From contig JAXGZN010000001.1 in the NCBI GenBank assembly GCA_040776945.1, forward strand, positions 192,001 to 256,000: a DNA stretch of 64,000 bases, given 5' to 3'. The translations under genes and the position numbers were made by a program. Position 1 is the stretch's first letter. Every line of letters begins with the position of its first letter. Source of the stretch: Methanomassiliicoccaceae archaeon (GTDB lineage: Archaea > Thermoplasmatota > Thermoplasmata > Methanomassiliicoccales > Methanomassiliicoccaceae). The notes beneath the pieces were generated by a model. It had not been told where the DNA came from and did not search any database. It was given only the letters and a program-made list of their open reading frames with translations. Shown here piece by piece: positions 40,630 to 50,688 of this stretch.

Positions 40630-41643
40630 ATGAAGGTCGTTATCGCCGGCTTCGGAACGGTGGGACAGGGCATCGCCGAGGTCATCGGCATGCGGCAGGA
40701 GCTGTTCTCCAAGAGCTTCGGGCAGCAGGTGAAGATCGTCGGAGCGTTCGACTCCTCTACCATCGTCAAGAACGCCAGGGGGCTCGACCCCGTGGAGCTG
40801 GTGCGGCGCAAGGCGTCCACCGGCACAGTGGGCACCCGCAAGGTCGATGGCGGGGTGAAGGAGCTCATCGAGGAATATGACTTCGACACGCTTATCGAAA
40901 CTACGCCGACGAACATCCTGGACGCCGAGCCGGGCTACACGCACATAATGGCCGCGCTGGGCTCCGGAAAGAACGTGATCACCTCCAACAAGGGCCCCCT
41001 GGCGCTGAGGTTCCGGGAGCTGTCCAAGGCCGCGGCGAGGAACAAGGTCCAGCTGAGGTACGAGGCCTCGGTGGGCGGGGCCATGCCGGTGATCAATCTC
41101 TCCAGGGAGCTGCTCAGGGGCGAGGAGATCTTCTCCCTGCGGGGCATTCTCAACGGCACCTGCAACTTCATACTTAACCGGATGAAGGACGAGGGGCTTC
41201 CGTTCGAGCAGGCCTTGCGGGAGGCCCAGGAGATGGGCATCGCCGAGAGGGACCCTTCCTACGACATAGACGGAGTGGACTCTGCGTGCAAGCTTGCGAT
41301 CCTGGCCAACGCGATCTTCGGCAAGGACGTTACGTACAACGACGTCATAAGGACTGGCATCCGGAACATCACCGAGGACGCCATCGCCCTGGCCGGGGAG
41401 CAGAACAAGGTCATCCGCCTGATCGGCGAGATCAACAAGGACCGCCTGGAGGTCTCTCCTCGCATGGTGCCCAACGGCCACCCACTGGCAATAGGGGGCA
41501 CTCTGAACATCGTGCAGTTGCTGACCGACCTCGCCGGAGAGGTGACGGTGGTCGGCCGCGGCGCCGGGAGGATGGAGACCGCGAGCGCGATCCTCAGCGA
41601 CCTGCTGGCCATCCTCAGCGAGGACCGCGCCAAGGGCAGGTAA
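40630..41643 (+). CDS. hom: Homoserine dehydrogenase
   Basis: GFGTVG, TSNKGP, YEASVGGAMP, GILNGT, AERDPSYDIDG and GRGAG..ETA motifs. Confidence 0.95.
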   Translation: MKVVIAGFGTVGQGIAEVIGMRQELFSKSFGQQVKIVGAFDSSTIVKNARGLDPVELVRRKASTGTVGTRKVDGGVKELIEEYDFDTLIETTPTNILDAEPGYTHIMAALGSGKNVITSNKGPLALRFRELSKAAARNKVQLRYEASVGGAMPVINLSRELLRGEEIFSLRGILNGTCNFILNRMKDEGLPFEQALREAQEMGIAERDPSYDIDGVDSACKLAILANAIFGKDVTYNDVIRTGIRNITEDAIALAGEQNKVIRLIGEINKDRLEVSPRMVPNGHPLAIGGTLNIVQLLTDLAGEVTVVGRGAGRMETASAILSDLLAILSEDRAKGR

Positions 41644-41876
41644 GCAGAGAGGCGACCGCAGTTCCGGCAGTGTTCCATTATTCGTCCGCTGGGGTCTGGG
41701 ACGGTCGTTTCCTGCCCCCTCGTGCCGGCCGAGGGGAACGGTGGAAGCGTCATGGTGGAGCGATATAGATGGTCCGCTGGAATCGATATTTCGCAATGTT
41801 TAATTAGCAAACCGCATTACGGTTAATCTGTCTCGGAGTAGATTTTCTATGAAGAACGAAAGGCGGGATCGCTTTA

Positions 41877-43445
41877 TTGGGCCGTAAAGTGGCCATCTAC
41901 GACACCACACTTAGGGACGGCACCCAATCGGAGGGTGTTTCTTTCTCCACCGAGGATAAGCTGGATATAACCCGGCGCCTCGACCAGTTCGGCATGGACT
42001 ATATCGAGGGCGGGTGGCCCGGATCGAACCCCAAGGACCAGGCCTTCTTCGAGGCCGCCTCAAGGATGAGGTTCGAGCATGCTCGCCTTGTGGCGTTCGG
42101 CAGCACCCGCAAAGCATCCGCGAAAGCCTCCGAGGATGCCAACCTGAGGGCGCTGGTGGAGTCGAAGGCGCCATGCGTGGCCGTCTTCGGGAAGAGCTGG
42201 GACCATCATGTGAAAAACGCCCTGAAGGTCGCTCTCGAAGATAACCTGGAGATGATCGCCGACAGCGTGGCCTATCTAAAGGACCACGGTCTTGAGGTCG
42301 TGTATGATGCGGAGCATTTCTTCGATGGCTATAAGGCGAACCCGGAGTACGCCTTGGCCACGCTCAAGGCGGCGGCCGACGCCGGTGCGGATTGGCTCGT
42401 GCTCTGCGACACCAACGGAGGCTCCTTGCCTGGCGAGGTGGGGGAGGCCTTCAATGTGGTGCGCGAGCGCTTCAGCATCCCGCTGGGTGCTCACGTCCAC
42501 AACGACGGGGACCTGGCAGTGGCCAACTCGCTCGCCGCGGTCGAGCACGGAGCGACCATGGTCCAGGGGACAGTTAACGGCCTGGGGGAAAGGTGCGGCA
42601 ACGCCAACCTATGCTCCATCATACCGACCCTGACTCTCAAGATGGGCAGGGAACTGTCTATCAGGGACCTATCCCACCTCACTTCGCTGTCCACCTTTGT
42701 GAGCGAGACCGCGAATGTTGCCGCGGACCCCCGTCTGCCGTATGTCGGACGAAGCGCGTTCGCCCACAAGGGCGGCGTTCACGTCAGCGCGGTCATGAAG
42801 GACGCCACGACCTATGAGCACATACGGCCCGAGGTGGTCGGCAATGAGCGGCGGGTGCTGGTCTCCGAGCTTGCCGGCACGGCCTCCATATTGGCTAAGA
42901 TGAGGGAGTTCGGAATCGACCCCGACAAGGGATCGGGCAGGTTGGTCCTGGACCGCCTCAAGGAGATGGAGTCCGAGGGGTACCAGTTCGAGGGCGCCGA
43001 GGCATCGTTCGAGCTGCTGGTGCGCAGGCTTCAGGACGGCATCAGGCCGCCGTTCCGCCTCGAGGGCTTCCGCATATTCGTGGACGTCGCCGGCAGCAAC
43101 GTCTCCTCGGAGGCGAGTATCAAGGTCATAGACTCCACCGGCGCGATGGAGCATACCGCGGCCGACGGGAACGGGCCGGTGAACGCCCTTGACCGGGCGG
43201 TCCGCAAGGCGCTGGAGCGCTTTTACCCGGAGCTGCGCCAGGTCAGGCTCGCGGACTACAAGGTCAGGGTCATCGACAGCAAGGACGCCACCGGAGCAAA
43301 GGTGCGGGTGCTCATCAGGTCGACGGACGGCGAGAGGTCGTGGACCACGGTCGGCGTCTCCACCAACGTCATCGAGGCCTCGCTCGCCGCACTGCTGGAC
43401 AGCATGGAGTACAAGCTGATGCTGGTCCGCAACGGGGGTCCGTGA
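41877..43445 (+). CDS. cimA: Citramalate synthase (LeuA-like DRE-TIM, bacterial-type CimA)
   Basis: DTTLRDGTQ.EG, EGGWPGSNPKD, DAEHFFDG, GERCGNA, HKGG.H and GNGPVNALD motifs. Confidence 0.85.
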   Translation: MGRKVAIYDTTLRDGTQSEGVSFSTEDKLDITRRLDQFGMDYIEGGWPGSNPKDQAFFEAASRMRFEHARLVAFGSTRKASAKASEDANLRALVESKAPCVAVFGKSWDHHVKNALKVALEDNLEMIADSVAYLKDHGLEVVYDAEHFFDGYKANPEYALATLKAAADAGADWLVLCDTNGGSLPGEVGEAFNVVRERFSIPLGAHVHNDGDLAVANSLAAVEHGATMVQGTVNGLGERCGNANLCSIIPTLTLKMGRELSIRDLSHLTSLSTFVSETANVAADPRLPYVGRSAFAHKGGVHVSAVMKDATTYEHIRPEVVGNERRVLVSELAGTASILAKMREFGIDPDKGSGRLVLDRLKEMESEGYQFEGAEASFELLVRRLQDGIRPPFRLEGFRIFVDVAGSNVSSEASIKVIDSTGAMEHTAADGNGPVNALDRAVRKALERFYPELRQVRLADYKVRVIDSKDATGAKVRVLIRSTDGERSWTTVGVSTNVIEASLAALLDSMEYKLMLVRNGGP

Positions 43446-43502
43446 CCTTTCCCGCCCCTTATATCCCGATGATGCGATGGCGGTGCGGGGATCCGAACGG
43501 CG

Positions 43503-44566
43503 AAGGGCGGAGGGCCCGGTAGACCGCGATCATGGATCGTGGTGACATTGGCGGCCGTGGAGATAATGATCGAAGCGCTGGCCGCGGTCATGCCGTACAT
43601 GGATGCCGGGGACAGCAGTTACCGCCGAGAGGCAGGCCAGACCACCTGGTAGATGATCATTAGCTCATCAATTGGAGCCAACGGTACGGTCATGGGCGAC
43701 TCGCCCGACACCCTGTTCATCGCCGACAGCCTGGCCGAGGTGGCGCAGCGCGTTCTGGTCGTCGGTGTTAGTGCGAGCTTCGATGCCGATGAGGTGCTGT
43801 GCGTCGACTGCACCGGAATGACCGAGGAACGCCTATTCAGGTTGACCGCGCCGATCAGGACCTTCATCCTCCGGGGAGCGCCGGTGATCTTCCTCAACGA
43901 TACCTCGGGAACGATGGCGCGAGCGATCGACGGGGAGAAGATGTCGTGCGTCAACGCGATCGCCGGGGACGTCTCCCCGATCGCGGTCCGGGCGCTGAAG
44001 CACGACCCCCTGGGCGGTCACTCCGGCAGCCTGCGCCTGGGAGGGAGCGCTTCGAACCGCGGCCAGTTTGCCGGCGCGCTGCGCATCGCCCACAACTGGT
44101 CGGCAGAGCGCCTGAAGAACGCCGACGCTTCCGGCGAGCTCGATGATCGCGTCCGCGTCTACGCGGCCTTCTCCTATTCCTACTACTCCGGGGAGGCCTG
44201 CGCCCCCTATGGGCGCTTCGCCGTTTCCAACACCTACGTCCGAACGATCTGGAACATGACCCAGGACTAAGACTGGTGGAGCGTGCACTACCGCATGGGA
44301 ACGGGCCCGGCTATGGCGCCTACGATAACGATCAACGGACCGGAGAGATGACCATGGGCTCGACCTTCGGCAGCAGGGCGGTCCTGAGCCGGCACTATGC
44401 CAGCACCTCCTCCGGTGCCGACAGTGTGGGCATCTACATGAGCCCCGGCGAACACGGAGGGCCGGGGGCCGGCGTGAGAGCGGACAGGGATGCGGGCATA
44501 ACCTTCCAGGAGAGCTACAGCATCGACTGGCAGAGGCCATCGCTCTTCACCTGGGAGTCCCGCTAG
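43503..44566 (+). pseudogene. Degenerate exported-protein gene
   Basis: Hydrophobic leader in frame with ORF 43653 across TAG 43650; TAA 44268 then a frameshift into ORF 44276; no in-frame ATG at the expected 5' end. Confidence 0.55.
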
Positions 44567-44638
44567 GTGTCTCTGACGGTCGAGGGCCGCTTGAACTAGG
44601 GGCAATGATTTATCCCGCCATCTCCCTCCCCGACCTCG

Positions 44639-45598
44639 ATGGCCTATAAAGTCGATATCATCGGCCCGGAGGAGCGCGAGGGCCTCTTCCGCCGCTACGA
44701 GCCCCGATACCTGTACTCTTCGAAGTGCGAGCTCCACGGCACCTGCATCCGCCTGCTCACCGACCAGGCGAACACCAACAACTACTGGGAGGACAACTTC
44801 TATAGCATGTCGGAGAGCGTCCGCTCCCATGGCCGCCTGGTGGTTCTGGACGATCCGGAGCAGGAGATGGGCGTAAGGTACGATCCGCTCACCAGGACCG
44901 CGTTCCTGTTCAACATCGACTACTACGGCTGGGTGAAGAGCATCGCCCTGGCCCTGGCCGGCGACATCCTGGAGGACCAGCACCGCATCCACTCCGTCCA
45001 CGGGGCGGCGCTGGACGTGGCCGGGAAGGGCGTGACGCTGATCGCCCCGTCGAAGTCGGGGAAGACGACACACTCCTGGGGCCTGCTCCGGTCGAACGAT
45101 GCCCGCCTGGTGACCGATGACTGGTTCTTCGTGCGCATGTCCTCAAAGCGCCCGCTTGCCTACGGCTCGGAGAAGAACTTCTACGTGGAGGGGGACATCG
45201 CCAGCATCTGGCCCGAGTACCAGCACCTGGTGGACAAGGCGACCTTCGATAATCGCGGAAGGGCCATCGTGAACGTCCGCTGGACGGTGGGACAGGGCGG
45301 GGTGGTTCCCATGGCCACCATGTACAAGGTCATCTTTCTGAAGAGGGACAAGGGCGACCCGGAGGTCAGCAGGCGGCTCAGCGTCGAGGAGTCGATGGCT
45401 TATCTGGAAGCGAACAACTTCTGCAACCCCCATCAGCTGGTCAAGGACGAGAGGAAGATGAGGCTGCGTCGTGACTTCTTCCGCGAGTTCCTAAGACAGT
45501 GCGAGGTGCACATAGTGAACACCGTTGCCCCGCCTCTGGAGGTCCAAGAGGTCGTCCGCGGCATCGCCTGTGGCAAGGGGTCGGCGGACAAGTGCTAG
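44639..45598 (+). CDS. HPr-kinase/PEPCK-like P-loop protein
   Basis: VHGAAL....G..L.APSKSGKTT and LVTDDW motifs. Confidence 0.7.
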   Translation: MAYKVDIIGPEEREGLFRRYEPRYLYSSKCELHGTCIRLLTDQANTNNYWEDNFYSMSESVRSHGRLVVLDDPEQEMGVRYDPLTRTAFLFNIDYYGWVKSIALALAGDILEDQHRIHSVHGAALDVAGKGVTLIAPSKSGKTTHSWGLLRSNDARLVTDDWFFVRMSSKRPLAYGSEKNFYVEGDIASIWPEYQHLVDKATFDNRGRAIVNVRWTVGQGGVVPMATMYKVIFLKRDKGDPEVSRRLSVEESMAYLEANNFCNPHQLVKDERKMRLRRDFFREFLRQCEVHIVNTVAPPLEVQEVVRGIACGKGSADKC

Positions 45599-45740
45599 AG
45601 GCCAGTGGACCAACGGATGTTCTTGAGAGAGGAGCCCCCGAAGATTAAAGAAATGGTGGGGAAGTTGGAGAAGGTCCACGGGGACTCCCCACCCTCATAT
45701 TGAGGAAGGGCTTATAATAATTATCCCCACTTTTTCTAAA

Positions 45741-45818
45741 CTCGCCGACGAGGCTAGAGCGGCCGGGGACCAGGTCCCCGAGGCCGAAAGCCCCCGTAAG
45801 CAAGTTCAGACCGGCGAG
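45741..45818 (+). ncRNA. Candidate structured small RNA
   Basis: CTCGCCG/CGGCGAG closing stem, nested ggct/agcc, cggcc/ggccg and ggggac/gtcccc helices; TTATAATA about 25 nt upstream. Confidence 0.5.
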
Positions 45819-46008
45819 AAGATGGAACATGGCATCGTAAGGGAGGGGCCGGCGGAATTGGGAAGCCTTCGCTCCTGCAGCTGGGCAGCATATCGATGAA
45901 CGGCACATGATGTGGGCCGTTCGTTCCCATGCCTGAAAACGAGCCGCCAGGGTCGGTACGATGAGGGCCGTGCAAAAAGGGCAAGGGGGCGGACCGGTCC
46001 CGCCCCGC

Positions 46009-46587
46009 CTAACGTTCCTCGCTGGCCGCCGGCCTCTTCACCTCTCCGTGGACCTTGATTCCGGAGGCGATGTTGAGTATGCCGACCACTATCAGGAAGG
46101 TCCCGATCAGCCACAGCAAGGCCAATATGCCCGCGCCAGGGAACACCGCCAGAAGAACGCCGATGACCAGGGACCATATGCCAGATATGACCAACAGACC
46201 ACGGTTCGAGGTGCCAAAGGCGGTCTGGCCCTTGGGGGCCGCGATCCCTTCTGCTATCTGCAGTATCCCGGTGATCACGGCGAAAGCCCCGAACAGATAT
46301 ATCGCCCATAGGGCGGTGATCCCCGGTGCAAGCAGCGCGATCAATCCCAGAATAACTACAATGGCCCCTTCCGCAAGGTTCAATGTCCGCCATCTGCCTC
46401 CGGCCTCCTTTTGCCTGCTGTAGGCGATCAGCATGATGCCACTGATGATCAGGAGCAGGCCGAATGCATATAGGAACAGAACGAGCGTGAACCCTGGGAC
46501 AAGCAGGAAAGCCAACCCGAACACGAGGGCCATTATGCCTACGGCCATCCGGCCCCACCATGTCCTCGTTATTTTTTCATCTGCCAT
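46009..46587 (-). CDS. HdeD/DUF308 family membrane protein
   Basis: Six TMs with repeated G...++.G+...+.P..T motif. Confidence 0.85.
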   Translation of the reverse strand: MADEKITRTWWGRMAVGIMALVFGLAFLLVPGFTLVLFLYAFGLLLIISGIMLIAYSRQKEAGGRWRTLNLAEGAIVVILGLIALLAPGITALWAIYLFGAFAVITGILQIAEGIAAPKGQTAFGTSNRGLLVISGIWSLVIGVLLAVFPGAGILALLWLIGTFLIVVGILNIASGIKVHGEVKRPAASEER

Positions 46588-47139
46588 CCAGTTCGACCTC
46601 CGTTCCGGGTCGCTGCCCGGCCATCTTACATTTCCGACCGCGGCCTATAAAAACCGATCCATCGGCATTGGGCACATATGGGCGGATGGAGCGCTGTTCG
46701 GGCGGTGATCTGAACGCGTTAATGTTAAGGCGAGATGGCGCAGCGGTTCCGTCGGCGATGTTCGTTGCTAAAAGGCCGTTGGCGGAAGCCTCTATGCTCA
46801 TGAGAGGTTCGTCCGACCGACCCTCCGTGAGGGACGTTGACATTGTGATCCTACCTCTTCTTAGGAGCGAGCATGAATGCCTGTATAAAGGTCCCTGATG
46901 CCATGGCGGCCATCATCACATCGGGATCAATGAATGTACTCCGCCCGCTCGCGGACGACCTGGTGCTGGTGAAGCGACCTGGTCCCGAACATTGGATGCC
47001 ATCGACCTCGTCCTCGTAACGCCAGGGCCTAGGTGCTAATAGAAAGGCCAGATGAGAAAGGACATGCCAGCCCTATCATTAGAGGTAATCATATTTCATT
47101 CCATGTTGGAAATATATTTAAATGGAGGCCGATGATGCT

Positions 47140-47283
47140 ATGGGCATGGAAGAGAACGGATCGATGCAGAGTGCTCCACAGGCTCGTGAGACGCGGAACA
47201 CCAAGAGGTTCGACCGCTTCCTTCTGGCCTACTTCCTTGGCATCGTGCTCATCTCCTTCTATGCGCTGTTCTCCCAGCACTGA
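47140..47283 (+). CDS. Small single-TM protein (47 aa)
   Basis: Manual translation MGMEENGSMQSAPQARETRNTKRFDRFLLAYFLGIVLISFYALFSQH; TATATTTAAA and GGAGG upstream. Confidence 0.55.
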   Translation: MGMEENGSMQSAPQARETRNTKRFDRFLLAYFLGIVLISFYALFSQH

Positions 47284-47372
47284 GAACCAAGGAGCATAGG
47301 TGCAGGCAAAGGCCGGCGGGTCAAAGGGCAGCTCATGAGGAACGGTCAATAGGTCCCATCGGCCTCATGGAG

Positions 47373-48812
47373 CTAGCTCTTCCGGTGGCCCCCTTCTTCC
47401 TTTTTCGTCTCCTTTTCACTGGCCCAGGATGTCACCGCGCCGATTAGTGAGAGCGCTCCTGCGATGGCCACCGCCACGGCGACGGAGGAGGCTAGCTCGG
47501 AGGCGAGAGGACCGCCGGCGATGGCGCTGTAGTCCATTGAGCCCATCAGGATGGTCATGATCATGGTCGCCAAGGAGACCCCGATCGCTGCGCTGAGGTT
47601 CCTGATGGTCGCCTGGACGCTCGAGGCCAGGCCGCTCTTCTCTCTGGGAAGCGCAAGCATGAACTCGTTGTTGTTCGGCGTCTGGAAAACGCTGCTGCCG
47701 ACGCCCATGCAAGCAAAGGACACGAGGGTCAGCGGCACATCCTCCGTGAGGTACGCGAAGGCCAGGAGGAACAGCGAGGCCGCCCTGACCAGATGGCCGA
47801 TGGTGGCATAGGGCCGGAACCTCGCCCGATCGTACATGCGGCCAACCAACGGAGAGCCTACCATGAGCACGGCGGGAAGGATCATGAAGATAATGCCGAT
47901 GGTCTCTGGATCGTAGTCCAAGACTCCCTCGTAGTAGAACGGCCCCAGTATGGAAACCATGTTGAGCGATATGAAGAACAGGAGCATGCTGAGGCCGACG
48001 AGGTCGAACCTCAGGACCTTGAAGATGGAGAGGTCGAGCAGCGGCTCTCCGGTCCGACGCTCCCATAATATGAAGAGGATGAGGGTGACGACGAATATCA
48101 CCAGGTAGCTCATAGAGGCAGGGTCCGGCCTGCCGCTGTCTCCCAGCGAGCCCAACATGAGGACCAAGGAGGCGATGCATGCCGTCCACAGCACAGAGCC
48201 TGGAAGGTCCAATCGAAGGCGGTCGCACAGCACTTCGTCGTCCTTCATTACCTTGATCGCTATCGCCGCCGCCACCAGCCCTATCGGCACGTTGACGAAG
48301 AATATCGATTGCCATCCCAGGGTGCCCACCAACAGGCCGCCGATCACCGGACCGAGCAGCGCGCCCATGGCGACGATGGCCCCCAGGAACCCCATGGCCT
48401 TGCCTCGTTCTGACGGACCGAAGGTCCTGAAGACGATGGCGGTGGACACGCTGAACAACATCGACGCGCCCAAGCCCTGGATGGTCCGGAAGATGATGAG
48501 CTGAGAGAGCCCGGAGGACAGGGCACAGAGGAGTGAGGATATCGAGAAGACGACCAGGCCGACGTTGAACATCTTTGCCTGGCCCACGCGCTCGGCGACC
48601 TTTCCCGAGATTATGAGCGCGCAGGTCTGGACCAGCACGTAGGCGGTCACCACCCACTGGGCGTCCGCCACCGCCACGTCGTAGTAGGTGGTTATGGCCG
48701 GCAGGGCGATGTTCAGGGCCACGGTGTCCAGGACCGACATGAACACTCCGGTAAGGATGATGGCCAGGACCAGATAGCGCCTCCCGCCATCGCCTGAGCT
48801 GCCAATGCGCAT
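47373..48812 (-). CDS. MFS drug:H+ antiporter (DHA2, EmrB/QacA family)
   Basis: LDT...NIALP, WVVTAY, R.IQGLG, GP.IGG and W..IF.VNVPIG motifs; about 14 TMs. Confidence 0.93.
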   Translation of the reverse strand: MRIGSSGDGGRRYLVLAIILTGVFMSVLDTVALNIALPAITTYYDVAVADAQWVVTAYVLVQTCALIISGKVAERVGQAKMFNVGLVVFSISSLLCALSSGLSQLIIFRTIQGLGASMLFSVSTAIVFRTFGPSERGKAMGFLGAIVAMGALLGPVIGGLLVGTLGWQSIFFVNVPIGLVAAAIAIKVMKDDEVLCDRLRLDLPGSVLWTACIASLVLMLGSLGDSGRPDPASMSYLVIFVVTLILFILWERRTGEPLLDLSIFKVLRFDLVGLSMLLFFISLNMVSILGPFYYEGVLDYDPETIGIIFMILPAVLMVGSPLVGRMYDRARFRPYATIGHLVRAASLFLLAFAYLTEDVPLTLVSFACMGVGSSVFQTPNNNEFMLALPREKSGLASSVQATIRNLSAAIGVSLATMIMTILMGSMDYSAIAGGPLASELASSVAVAVAIAGALSLIGAVTSWASEKETKKEEGGHRKS

Positions 48813-48910
48813 GAGAGCACCGGAGCGTGGACTGAAGAATAAAGCTTGGCATAGCCGCAGCGTAAGAACTAGCGAGATGGCATCAGGCCGGACGCCGCCA
48901 TCTCCGAAGC

Positions 48911-49405
48911 CTAGGTCCGCTCCAGGATCTGGGTGACGAACATCAGGACCTTCTCCTGCCAGCCATCCAGCAGAGGCCCTTTCATGGTGTCCGGGTTCAC
49001 GAAGGCACGCATCTCCGCCACCTTGATCATGCCCTTGGCCTTGAGCTGCTCGTCGATCATCGGCACGGTGCGGCGGACCCTCTCCAGCTCATCCTCCGCC
49101 GGCATCTTTCCGGTTCGCTTGTCCGGCATGGCCGCGCTGAAGGTGGCGATGACCGCGTACCTTGTGCCGGGAGGCAGGGACAGCTTCTTCAGGAACCGGA
49201 TCATGTCCCCCGGCGCCTTGCCGAAGTGGGTCGGAGAGCCGAAGACGTACAGGTCGGCCGGCGGGACGTCCCGGGGGCTCATATCGCTCACGTGGTGGAC
49301 CTCCACCTCGTTCCCCTTCTCTACCATCAGCTTCCTGAGCTCTTCCGCCAGCTTTGCTCCGTTCCCGTACTTAGAGGCGTGATAGACCGCGATCCTCATG
49401 CCCAC
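48911..49405 (-). CDS. Flavodoxin-like protein
   Basis: HASKYGNG..LA and YVFGSPT motifs. Confidence 0.85.
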   Translation of the reverse strand: MGMRIAVYHASKYGNGAKLAEELRKLMVEKGNEVEVHHVSDMSPRDVPPADLYVFGSPTHFGKAPGDMIRFLKKLSLPPGTRYAVIATFSAAMPDKRTGKMPAEDELERVRRTVPMIDEQLKAKGMIKVAEMRAFVNPDTMKGPLLDGWQEKVLMFVTQILERT

Positions 49406-49563
49406 ACCCTAATGGATATTCCAGCCACCATGTAATATTGTTGGCGATAGGCCCTTGGATGCCGCGGCTCTCGCGAGGCGGCCGTTGAATGCCGTCGAGA
49501 GATCGTCTGGCCTGCCGTCCGCGATCCTATATTGAAAAAGGAAGATCAGGAACGGGAGAGTTC

Positions 49564-50688
49564 CTATTCCTTCATCCTGCCTCCGTCCCTGGACCCCTGG
49601 ACGAACGCTCGGAAGTTCGCTTCGGACATCATGGGAGGGCATTCGCAGGCCATTGAGGCGAAGAAGCCGTTCTTGAAGTGCTTGTACCTCATGGCATCCT
49701 TGTATGCCTGTTCGTATATCTGCTGGGGCGTGCCATTGAACGCGAGGATGGTGTCGGTGTTGCCCATTAGGCAGCACTTGCTCTCGTAGATCTTGGCGGC
49801 CTTGATCAGGTCGAACGGTTTCTGGCCGTCATAGGCGATGTGCATTACCGAGCCGGTCGGGAACGGCATGTCCTCGCACAGGTGGTAGTCCTGGCCGTGG
49901 TCGCCGCATTGATGGTAGAATATTCCGGTCGTACCGGAGCCGATGCCTATGATCTTGTTCAGAGCATCCTTCATGTAGTCGGTGGCGAACTCCTTGCACT
50001 GGTCGACGGACATCGTCGAGCTGTTCGCCAGCAGGGTGGCGCAGGATGTTTTGAACGGCTTTCCACCGTAGAGGTCGCTCACCGCCTCGCAGGCGTTGAC
50101 GCAATGCACCACGACCTTCCTCATGATGCTGTGCACGAGCTCCGGTTCCTGGAAGCACCACATCAGCATGTTCTCCGGCGAGACCCAGAACGAACCGATG
50201 ACGAACGGCTCGTAGATGAACTGCCATGGTTTGTAGCCCTTGCCTGAGTATGCCTCCGCCGCCTTCAGTCCCCTGGCGTGCAGCGCCATGGTCGGGCCCT
50301 TTGCCAGCTCCTCCGTCGACAGCGGCTCGATCTTATCGGCCTTGTCCACCGTATCCGCCGGGTAGGTCAGTATCCCGGGGGCGGGCATGAGGCCGGTGGG
50401 CATCTTTATCGTTCCGCCGTAGTCCTCGCTCCAATAGACCGAATAGTTCCAGTTGAGGTACGGCACGAAGCTGTGCATCCGGGCGGTGTCCAGCTGCCAG
50501 GCGATGGCCTTCTCCGGCTCCGTATAGTACTCGTACAGGGAGTGGCCGCAAGCGGTGGCCGCGTAACCGCCGACCAGCGGAGCTATGGGCGCCTGGTCGT
50601 GGTCCCTGCCCACGAACATCCTCTTGATGTTCTCCCTCTGCCGATCGTAGTTCTCTCTCGTCCCGGGGGGCAGCGATTCCCAGCTCAT
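49564..50688 (-). CDS. MtaA/CmuA (UroD-fold) methylcobamide:CoM methyltransferase-family protein
   Basis: EPELVH, H-x-C zinc motif (HQCG), MGN.D, GTP and C-terminal CECP. Confidence 0.8.
   Translation of the reverse strand: MSWESLPPGTRENYDRQRENIKRMFVGRDHDQAPIAPLVGGYAATACGHSLYEYYTEPEKAIAWQLDTARMHSFVPYLNWNYSVYWSEDYGGTIKMPTGLMPAPGILTYPADTVDKADKIEPLSTEELAKGPTMALHARGLKAAEAYSGKGYKPWQFIYEPFVIGSFWVSPENMLMWCFQEPELVHSIMRKVVVHCVNACEAVSDLYGGKPFKTSCATLLANSSTMSVDQCKEFATDYMKDALNKIIGIGSGTTGIFYHQCGDHGQDYHLCEDMPFPTGSVMHIAYDGQKPFDLIKAAKIYESKCCLMGNTDTILAFNGTPQQIYEQAYKDAMRYKHFKNGFFASMACECPPMMSEANFRAFVQGSRDGGRMKE

Noticed and set aside
45741-45818. Hammerhead ribozyme, guanidine-II or c-di-AMP riboswitch, or tRNA-Pyl
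   Set aside because: The core reads CCGACGA rather than CUGANGA; there are no ACGR loops, no ydaO 5' motif and no CUA anticodon arm.
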